This document shows, one piece after another, positions 11,597 through 21,200 of a DNA stretch of 64,000 nucleotides; the stretch's first letter is position 1, and every line of letters begins with the position of its first letter. Origin of the DNA: Histomonas meleagridis 2922-C6/04-290x (Eukaryota; Protista; Parabasalia); assembly GCA_020184695.1 (NCBI GenBank), contig JAANOX010000225.1, positions 1-64,000 on the forward strand. The letters are read 5' to 3'. The notes under the pieces were generated by a model. The model was not told the DNA's origin and ran no database searches. It saw nothing but the letters and a program-made list of their open reading frames with translations. A program made the translations under genes and the position numbers.

Positions 11597-12084
11597 TATA
11601 AGTAAAAAATATTTGTGAATGTGTTGAGCAAAAAACATTTTGTAGTTACATTTGGATAAGTTTTCTAAAAAAAATATAAAACATATTGCATTATCCCAAA
11701 TCATCACAATTGTATTTTTAAATTAGAAGAAATATTAACAGCAGGAAATTAATATTTTTTTTATGTAAATTCAATCAAAATTCTTTGTTACATATTGTTA
11801 AATTATCTATTAAGTAACAACAACTTTTAAAAGAAGAAAGACTTTCAATGAAGAAAGCATTTATTGTAAATTTTGATAGATAGAAATATAAAATATTGAA
11901 TTTAATTGTTATTGCATCAGCATTAGAAGCATATGTTGATCATTTCAATTTCATTACCATAAAAAGTTTTTCAATTAGTTCTTACAGCAATCTATTTTTA
12001 AACATGAAAATAATAAAAATGGTATTTTTGTCATTATATTGGTATTTTTATTAAACATATAATTCATTTTATATAATAAGCTTC

Positions 12085-14812
12085 TCAGTAAATGCTGCAT
12101 ATATCTTTTTTAACCCCATTTTGTTTAAGAAGTAATTTAACTATTTCTGTATGACCATTTCTAGATGCTTTTATAAGTGCTGTATGAAATAATTTAAATA
12201 ATTTCCAAATATTATTTTGAAATATAAAATTATTAAAATAGTTTTTAAAATAAACAAATAAACATCTCTAGCATTAATATCAATTCCTTTTTGTTCAAGA
12301 AGTAATTTAACTATTTCTATATCGTTATATTTAACTGCTAAATGAAGACATGTCCCAAATTATTATAAGAAATTTCAAGTAATAATAAGTAATTTCAAAT
12401 TATTTATTGAAACTTTAAACATATAAAAAAAATTTCAAATCATATAAATAAATATAAAATTAACAAAATATATACCATATTAGTAAAATGAATACCAAAT
12501 AAGCAAAATAAATACGAAATTTTATTATTGTACTCCAAATTATTAAAACAAATCATAAATTATTGAATGAAATTATAACTTATTAAAATGATCTAAAAAC
12601 AACAAAATTGAAGATATTTTGCATTAACATTAATTCCTTCATGTTGTAAAAGTACTTTTATTAAATCCATATTATTGATTTTTACGATATTTTGAATTCT
12701 TCCTTGATCATAATATATTGTTTCCATGTTGTTTTTTCGGATTAATGAATGAAGTATTGTTTCAAACACTTAAAATAAACTATAAATCATTAAAAAAGAT
12801 AATAAATTTTTAAAACAAATATAAAATTTTATAAATATATTGTAAAAATTTAGAAAAAATTCTAAACTATTACAACAAACATAAAATTAGTGAATAAAAT
12901 TCCTAATTATAGATACAAATATAAAAACATTAAAAAAGATTTCATATTATTATAAGAAATTTCAAGTTTTTATAGTAAATGCCAAATTATAAAAAGAAAC
13001 ATGTGTTGCATTTATATCAATTCCTTTGTGTTTTAAAAGTAACTGAAATATTTCAATGTTTTTTTCCAGTGCCATATGAAGTAGTGTTTCATTAAATGAT
13101 TTAATTAAACCATAGAAAAATAAAATAAACGCCAAATTGTCACAATAAATATAAAACAATATAATTCAATAGCAAAAAAATAAAATAAATTTCATAATAA
13201 ATAAATAAATAAATATAAGGTAATCAAAATGAATTTTTTTTATATTAACATCAATATCTTCACGTTGTAAGAGCAATTTTACTATTTCTATGTTATTGTT
13301 TTGAACTGCTAAATAAAGTGGTTTATGAAATTATTAAAATAAATATAAAATCATGAAAATGAACACCTGCATTAATATTAATTCCTTCTTGTTTTAAAAG
13401 TAATTTTACTATTTCTACATTATTGTTTTGAACTGCAAAAATAAGTGGTGATTTAAATTATCAAAACAAATTTTAAATTATGAAAGTATACTCGAATTTA
13501 TTAAAATATATATAAAATTATTATAATAAATACCAAATTATGAAAATATATAAGAATTTATTAGAACAAATATCAAAATTTTAAATAAAATACTTACAGC
13601 ATTAATATCTATTTCTTTTAGTTTTAAAGTATATTTGACGAGTTCGACATTTTCTGATATAGAAGAATATAATAATAATTTTTTAGGAATATAATTATTT
13701 TGTACAAAGTACATAACATGATATAAGTTACCCATTTTTGCTGACTCTTTAACAATATTATCATGAATCATCATTCCTTCTTTTTCTAGAAATCTAAAAA
13801 TTTCAAAATTCTGAGACAAAACACATATTCTACCTAAGTATTCATTATTATTAAAATCTTCAATTTTATTTTCATAAATATATTTAAAGATATCATTTTG
13901 ATGGAATTCAATTGCTGTTATATATGCATCTTCAAATGTTGAATGATTTTGTTCGCATAAATGAATAATTTCTTCATTTCCACCTGCAACTGCATATTTA
14001 CCTGTGTTTATTACATTTGCATTATTCATGAGTAAATATTTAAAACATTTAACTGATCCAAAAAATGCTGCATAATCAATTAATGAAACATTTTTTTTGT
14101 TAATAAATGAACATTTTTCATATAGTGATTTTTCAATTATTTGATCAAAATCAAAATCATTTTGTGATGATATTTCTTGAAGTTTTTCGAGATCATCATC
14201 TCGAATTATTTTTGTTATTTCATTTGGATTATGGCCTTCTTTAATTAACTTCTTATGAAGTTCCCAATCATTCTTTGATAATTCTTTATAATTCGCAATA
14301 AATGTTCTACTAAATGGATCTTTATGATAGGATGTGAACGTATTTTCTTCTTCTGTTTTATATTGTGCAAAATATTTTGATTGGATATTTTTAGTTACAC
14401 TTGAATCAATTAAATTTCGTTCAATCATTTTCTCGATTATATAAAGTTTTTCTTGTGATTTTGTTTTAAGTATATTCTTAACAAAAATATTAATGATTTT
14501 TAAAATGTTTTCATTAATTTCATTTTCTTTTTCTTGAATTGACTCTAAGTAATTTAAATATATATCAAAATCTTTTCGATGAGAACAAAATGCAGCATAA
14601 GTCAAATTACTTATAAGAAAATTAAATGATTCTGGAAAATAAAGATCGAATAATTTCATTGTTTGTTTAACAGAAATGTTAAAATTTGCTTCAATAATAT
14701 GAAAAATAATTTGATAAAGTTCCGAAAGTAATTCAATGTTGGTAGATTTATTTTTATCATGTTTGTGTTTTCTTTTTGAAGAACTTTCTGAGCTTTTGAT
14801 ATCTTCATTCAT
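12085..14812 (-). CDS. DUF3447 + ankyrin-repeat gene A, split by six 20-nt-module arrays (about 631 aa if the arrays are skipped)
   Basis: Coding blocks are 14812-13586, 13457-13359 (33 aa), 13330-13229 (34), 13096-12995 (34), 12766-12608 (53), 12359-12258 (34) and 12189-12085 (34 + stop). Each is stop-free and a multiple of 3. The DUF3447 core is LIDYAAFFGSVKCFKYL...AVAGGNEEIIHLCEQ. Confidence 0.8.
12190..12257 (-). repeat. Array A6: 68 nt = 8+3x20
   Basis: Lies between ...ARDVY and FHTAL. The 12-nt blocks read FKNY, FYIS, FGNY. Confidence 0.85.
12360..12607 (-). repeat. Array A5: 248 nt = 8+12x20
   Basis: ATTT-like starts recur every 20 nt from 12600 to 12360. It lies between ...AKYLQ and FGTCL. 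Confidence 0.9.
12767..12994 (-). repeat. Array A4: 228 nt = 8+11x20
   Basis: 20-nt phase holds from 12987 to 12767. It lies between ...ATHVS and FETIL. Confidence 0.9.
13097..13228 (-). repeat. Array A3: 132 nt = 8+6x20+4 (irregular)
   Basis: One spacer is extended by an extra 4-nt microsatellite copy, and the last block contains TAA. Confidence 0.7.
13331..13358 (-). repeat. Array A2: 28 nt = 8+1x20
   Basis: TTTCATGA-[TTT TAT ATT TAT]-TTTAATAA lies between ...AGVH and FHKPL. Confidence 0.85.
13458..13585 (-). repeat. Array A1: 128 nt = 8+6x20
   Basis: Blocks read FDIC, ILIY, FGIY, FYIY, IRVY, FKIC, with an internal 60-nt periodic similarity. Confidence 0.85.
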
Positions 14813-15528
14813 TAACTTAGGGAAATATTCTAAATGTAAAATATTGAAAACAGGACATACTGATAGGATTTTAAACGGTCAAACATCTGTACGTTAAGGG
14901 AATGATTTTTCGCTTTCAGCGCAATCCTTGATAAATAAAAACTTATCCTATTCAGCAAAGCTCCTATTTCCTCTAGTTAATCTTTCTATATCATTTGTAT
15001 TTTATAATTATGCTTTGTTAACAATTTTGATTTTTTTTTTAAATTCCTCCAAAACTCATTCATAATAAAATTTTTGCTTTGTGAATGATATACTTTATAC
15101 TCTTCAAATAATAATTTATTTCGATAACTATCAGAGAATATTCAAGAAATTTTAATTTTGGTTACAAAACATTATTATTTCGAAAAATAAGACCTAAAAT
15201 AAAAATCTGTCTGATAAATTTCTAGATATTCAAATAAATTTTATTATTAATAAATAAGTAATAAAAAGTTATCACATCTTAACGATTTTGGAATTGTATT
15301 ATTTATTAATGATGAGCATAACTGAAATACAACCCCCAATTGCTGTTACATTTTCTCATGAGAACTATCGCTAATTTAGAACATTAGAAAAATGCATTAT
15401 TTTCAATCGTTTTAACTTAATCACCTATTTACATGAATTAAAAGCATTTTATGTTATTTCCTCAACACAGCCCTCAATAATATGATGTTAGGATTTTTTT
15501 TTTTAAATCCTTTCATTAGGTTCAACAC

Positions 15529-17160
15529 ATGAACATCAAAAACGATCGAATTCGATTAAATCGGCTTCAAAAAGTTATCTTAAATTCTGAGGGGCGCCCC
15601 ATAAATCGGATGAAGTTCCGATCTTTTTTTCTTATGCCTTCTGTTTCAGGAAGAGCACAAAAGATTCGGGACAAACTTGCAAAGATCGATCAGAACATGA
15701 CTGAGGACGAAAAGGAAACTCCCAATTCACTGATCATTGGCACTACACATGATGATGTCATTTATTGTCAGAGCAAAAACTTCTTTTTTCTCTCTGAGAC
15801 AGTTATCAAAGAATTATCTGTTTCAAACCTTAAAAAGTTCCCAATAGATCAGGAAAAAAGGCAATTGGTATCAACATGTTTATCAAATCATACCATTGTT
15901 TTGGCACTTGAAAAGAAAATTTTTGACAAAACTTTCAACCAACTTATTTTGCTAGGCGCGACGATTTCGTCTGATATATCTTCGTCAGTTTCATTATTAA
16001 TTACTGACAATCCTTCCAAAACTAAAGCACTGGAAGCTCTTAAATTCGGAATTCCAATTGTTACTACGCGTTGGGTTAATTATATCTATGAAGAACAAAA
16101 ACTACTTCCATATTCCCCATTTCTTCTTCCTCCATTTACTTCCTGCAACGTTACGTCAACAGATCTTCCGTCTAAAGTGCGTAATGAGCTAAAGAAATTA
16201 GTCGAAGATAATGGCGGTGATTGGAGTATTGGTTTAACTGACGGTAGCACAACATATCTCATTTCTTCATCACTTGCATCCACTAGTAAAATTGCTATTG
16301 CACTTCGATCCAATATTCCTATTGTTCGTCCAGAATGGATTTATCAAATTGCCGCACATAAATCAGGACCAATCGAACCATACTTGATTAACTGGTGGGC
16401 TATGGGCAAAAACAAGTCGAACCTTTTTTCTGATTTAGTTTTTAGCATCCAATTTTCTGTTACTGATGATATAGCATTATTTGAAGAACTCATTGAAATT
16501 CACTCTGGAAAAATAGGTCAAAATCCCACGCACAAAATAGTTCCATTTTTCTTCCGGCCTGTTGAATCTGATTCCATCTATGTAACTCCAAGTTGGTTAT
16601 ATGCATGTGTTGAAAGCAAGAAACTTATTGACCCTGAATCATATCCTCTTTATCAACCAATGAAAAAACCAGTGTTTGAAGGTTTTACATTAAGTCTTTA
16701 TCAACTTGATGATCAAACGAGAGCAAAATCAGCAGATTTAATACGCGCTCTTGGAGGCACAGTGCTGTACAAAGTTTGCAAAAATGCAAATTTTGTTGTC
16801 ACATCAAAGATAACATCAAAGTTGGAGAAAAGTGTCAAGACGATACCAATTGTAAATCCGAACTTTTTGGTACAAGCAGCAAAAACAGGAGAAATCCCAG
16901 AGCCAAAGAAGTTTTCGGCATTAAATGTAAGTAAGCTATGTCAAATAATACAAAATTTCGACTCATCAAACTTAGTGGATATTGATAACAAATACTTAAG
17001 TATCGAAGACTTAGAAACTTCATCGCAGATACCAATTATTGTAAGCGGAAATGAAATGAGATCTGATGTATCTTATGATACAAACCAAAGCGTTTTATTA
17101 CTGTCACAAAATCTGACAAGTGATCCATTGTTGGATTGCATACAATCATCAGCTGAATAA
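15529..17160 (+). CDS. Four-BRCT protein, TopBP1/Cut5/Dpb11-like
   Basis: Four BRCT-like blocks (GIPIVTTRWV; NGG...TTYLIS...IPIVRPEWI; VTPSWLYACV...YPLYQP; LGGTV...IPIVNPNFL). The true start may be the downstream ATG at 15634. Confidence 0.8.
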   Translation: MNIKNDRIRLNRLQKVILNSEGRPINRMKFRSFFLMPSVSGRAQKIRDKLAKIDQNMTEDEKETPNSLIIGTTHDDVIYCQSKNFFFLSETVIKELSVSNLKKFPIDQEKRQLVSTCLSNHTIVLALEKKIFDKTFNQLILLGATISSDISSSVSLLITDNPSKTKALEALKFGIPIVTTRWVNYIYEEQKLLPYSPFLLPPFTSCNVTSTDLPSKVRNELKKLVEDNGGDWSIGLTDGSTTYLISSSLASTSKIAIALRSNIPIVRPEWIYQIAAHKSGPIEPYLINWWAMGKNKSNLFSDLVFSIQFSVTDDIALFEELIEIHSGKIGQNPTHKIVPFFFRPVESDSIYVTPSWLYACVESKKLIDPESYPLYQPMKKPVFEGFTLSLYQLDDQTRAKSADLIRALGGTVLYKVCKNANFVVTSKITSKLEKSVKTIPIVNPNFLVQAAKTGEIPEPKKFSALNVSKLCQIIQNFDSSNLVDIDNKYLSIEDLETSSQIPIIVSGNEMRSDVSYDTNQSVLLLSQNLTSDPLLDCIQSSAE

Positions 17161-17722
17161 TTGTTTTGTAATTAAAATATATTTCCTGAATGAAAAACGG
17201 AGCACGTTTTTGTGTATATAAAATCTGTTATAAATTTCATATTTTGCTTTTTAATTATTAACATTAATGATTCACTTATATTTTATAGACTGCAGTGAAA
17301 AACAAGACACCTTAATATAACTTACGCCTACACTGTAGCATTATTAACAGAGAACATATATAGGAATATATATTGATAAATTTTTTTTCGATTTAATTTT
17401 GTAATTTTCGCAATATTCCGATTTTTCACTCACTTCACTAAGGAGAACGTTAACACGAAAAAATCTTTTTTCTCGATTTTCATTACATATTTTAATTAAT
17501 TTATATTTTTGGGACTGAATGTATGTTGCTAACAAACTATATAAAAATTTATGATTTATCTAAAATTTTGTTGTCGGTCTACAGGTTTTTCACCCATCTA
17601 CATGTTTTCCACGGCAGCCTAATGTTGTTGTCAACAAAATAGTTTATAAATTTGTTCATTTTATTTAATACAATTTTTAAATCTTAGTAATTTTTTTTGG
17701 ACAGTTTGCATCTAATAATTTT

Positions 17723-18145
17723 TTAAATACGTGCATTGTTTTCTAAATAGTCAATCAATTCAGAACTATATCGATTTCCGAGATTGGTTGATGAAATAAG
17801 ATACTTTGAATTTTCATCAGTAACTCCATATATATACCCTGCCCTTGTTGAAACTAACCCATTAAAATGAATTGATTGAGAAATATTTGGAATCTTACAA
17901 AGTTCGAAATTTTTCATAAATCTCCAATATGTTAAAACTAACATATTTGCATGTTGGTCTTCTGTGTTGGCAGTTGCCCATTTATTCATAGAGGGATCTG
18001 GGAAGCAAAAATAATATTCAATCACGCCGTTGACATAGCGGTGATTGATTATCTTTCCTGTTTCAGGAACTGGTGAGTTTAGGTATTGATCAAAATTTTC
18101 ATATGGTTTATTTTTTTTTTCTTCTTCTCCATTAAGCACCTCCAT
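17723..18145 (-). CDS. Small HP1-like protein (chromo-like + chromo-shadow-like)
   Basis: KIINHRYVNGVIEYY..F resembles a chromodomain. The C-terminal ISSTNLGNRYSSELIDYLENN resembles the end of a chromo-shadow domain. Confidence 0.5.
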   Translation of the reverse strand: MEVLNGEEEKKNKPYENFDQYLNSPVPETGKIINHRYVNGVIEYYFCFPDPSMNKWATANTEDQHANMLVLTYWRFMKNFELCKIPNISQSIHFNGLVSTRAGYIYGVTDENSKYLISSTNLGNRYSSELIDYLENNARI

Positions 18146-18256
18146 TTAATGGGTTGAGGATGAGAAGCCGTTTATTGTTTTAAAAAGTGAATTTTGTAAA
18201 TCGAAAAGCTGGAAAGATGTAAAAAACAAAGTTTTTTTTGAAATGATCTTAACACC

Positions 18257-21200
18257 ATGGATTTTAATACTAACTTTGAAAGTTTTACTTTTGTTCTTTG
18301 GGGTTTATTGGAAATGAATGATATTTTTAGCTATATTAATAATCTCTTTTCCTTTTCAATTATTCCTGCTAATTTCATTTGCAAGAATGTAAAGATTAAG
18401 TTTTCATCTCCTTTGTTTACTACTAAGATTTTAGAACCACTAAAAAATCCTTATATATCCAAATGCATTTTAATGAATATTATTCAAATCTTTACTACAG
18501 ATTCATTATCAAGATTGACTCCACATTTACAGAAAGAGTATAAAAACATAAAAAATGAATTACAAACAAAGTATAGCTTATCAAATATCATTTTTTATCT
18601 ACAAAATATGAAAAAATTTATTGAATACATTAATTCTATTGTCACATGGTTTGTTGAAATTGTTCTTGATTATATTAAAAATCCATTTCAAAAGGAATTC
18701 TTCATTACTTCTATAAAAAAATTTAATTCTTGTTTTAATTATTTAAAATTTTTAGATCAAGGAATCATTGTTGAACTTAAATTTGTTCCGAAAGAATTTA
18801 ACATTGAATTAATACAAGAATTCGTTAATGAACTAATGCTACAAGTAAAATGTTGTGTTGAAGTTACTGAAAAAATATTGGAACAACCTAAAAATATTGA
18901 GCTACAAAAATTATTAACAAATGAACTTCAAAAGCTCTTAATGAGTCCCAAAGATTTTTCATTAATTTATACAAGATTAATGCAGAACATAAATTTAACA
19001 AACACATCAACTAATTCTCCACAAATTTTCTTCAAAAATTTCACAACTGTATCTTCAGATATATGTCTTTTAGCAATTATTTTAGCTATTTCTATACCAG
19101 AACAACTAGAAGATACAACAAATATTTTATCAAAGTTTTCATTGCATTGTTTTGAAACTTTTGCATTCCTTTCTTCTGCTCTAAATTATAAAGGAACATT
19201 TGAAGTATTAATAAATCACTCTCTTCAATCAAATAAAAAAATGAATTCAATGATTTATTCATTATTACAAAAGTTATCTGAAATTTTACCTTCTGTAGAA
19301 GGACCATTTGGAGATTATTTAAGAAAACAATTATATGAAAATTTTGAAACAATATTACAACTTCAACAACAATTTTATCAAAATCTAAATAAAACAATTG
19401 AAGATATTAAATCATGTAATGAATTTTATAAATATAATATTAATTCTATATCAATGCATGCTCGAACATTAATAAACTCTATATCGAAAACAATAGAAAA
19501 TATTCAACCAGTAAAAATATTAGAAAAAAATTATTTGCAATTTTGTGAGTATTTAAAAATTTATTCGCTCAAACAAATTGATATGAAGAAACGTGTGTTT
19601 ATTGTTGAAAAAGAAATTTTATTAAATAACAAAATGAAAACATTTTTTTCGGTACAATCCGAAACATTTAAAGAACAAATAATAATATATAAAATGAAAA
19701 TATTTGGAATTGATATTATGAATTCATTGACTTTAGTGGAAACATATGAATACGGATTTAAAGACTTATTAAATATTAAAAGAAAACTTTCAAAATTAAT
19801 TGTTCGTTTTTATCCAGACAATTTTCAAGATTTAATACAAGAAATTAAAGTAAACGAATTAAACGCAGTTATTAATATGTTATATGAATCATATGAAATT
19901 TTTTGCATTAATAACAATGATAAAGATCCAAAAGAAGTATTAATTTGTTTAAAAGAATGTATCAAATTAAATATAATAATTGAAGGAATTTCAATATTTT
20001 TAAACCAAAAAAGCGAAATGTTGAAACAATTTGTATTAATTATTAAAAAAATTACATACAATTTTAAAATATTTTTACAAAACATTCTCTATTGTATACT
20101 AAATTTATTCATTAACATGTTAGATGATTACGAAAAAGACTTCAAAAAAATTCAATTACTAAAAGAAAAATTTACTGATAATTTACCATATTATTCGCGT
20201 GAGTTTACGAATGATTTAATTAAATCATCACGTGAAATCATCGAATCATATGAAATTTTTTTCGAGTATAATAAACTGTTGTTAAAATGTATTAATATTT
20301 ATAAAGAATTACAATGTTTTACTGAAGTTTTACAAGAAACAAATTTTTTTCATTTCAATTTAATAGGATATATTATAAAGGATTATGTATGTAAGATTAA
20401 TGACTTCATTAATAACAATGAAATTTCATATTTCGAAAGATCACAAAGTATTTTTTTATATATAATAGAACTTAGTGATTATATTGATTATGTAAATGAA
20501 CTTAAATTTCATAAACAACTCCTTTTAAATGCTATGCGAAACATTATTTTATATGAAGCAGAACATTCTTTTTATCAAGAAAACATACAATTTAGAGAAA
20601 ATATCAATAAAGAAATACTGAGTATAAAAGCATTACTTCCTCACGTTGTTGTAATAGGAGATAAATATATAAAAAATATTAAAATAATTTCCGATAAGAA
20701 AACAAATATTCCAGATTTTAAATTCAAAGAATATATTAGAAAAGATGAAAATTATAAAATTTATATATTAAAAGAAGAAATTAATAAAATTTTTAATGAA
20801 GAAAATCATCAAAATTCTTCCAAATTGATAATTACAAAAACGATTCAAATCTTGAAAATTATATTCGTTTTATTATCTAAGCAACAAAATATTTTTATAT
20901 TTATGAATAATATTTTATCTGAAACAAGTCTTATTCTTTCTGATCTTATCCTTTATACAAAGGTTAATACAAATGTTAAACAAAATTTTTGGACAATAAT
21001 CATTTCAAAAATTGATAATATTGTTAAATTAATCGAAGAAATAACTGATCTTCAAACAGAAGAATTTTTAAATTTTTTAAATATATCATCTGAAGTTACT
21101 TTATTTGTTTTAAGCTTATTTTCATCTTTTGATAATTCAAATGGTATTACATGTAATGATTTGAAATCATTAAAAAAAATTTCAAAAATAATAATTTTGT

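Noticed and set aside
12360-12994. CRISPR-like reading of the 20-nt modules
   Set aside because: There is no invariant direct repeat, no cas genes, and the context is eukaryotic coding sequence.
12190-13585. Serial -1 frameshifting (7 codons per module) as the decoding rule
   Set aside because: Ten of 54 spacers put a stop codon in the path, several as the first codon.
13592-13597. GTAAGT canonical 5' splice site just before array A1
   Set aside because: There is no ACTAAC/AG 3' signal before the next ankyrin block and the other nine arrays lack it. It reads as V-S codons.
15318-15335. ATGATGA...CTGA box C/D-like pair
   Set aside because: The boxes are only a few nt apart, too short for a snoRNA.
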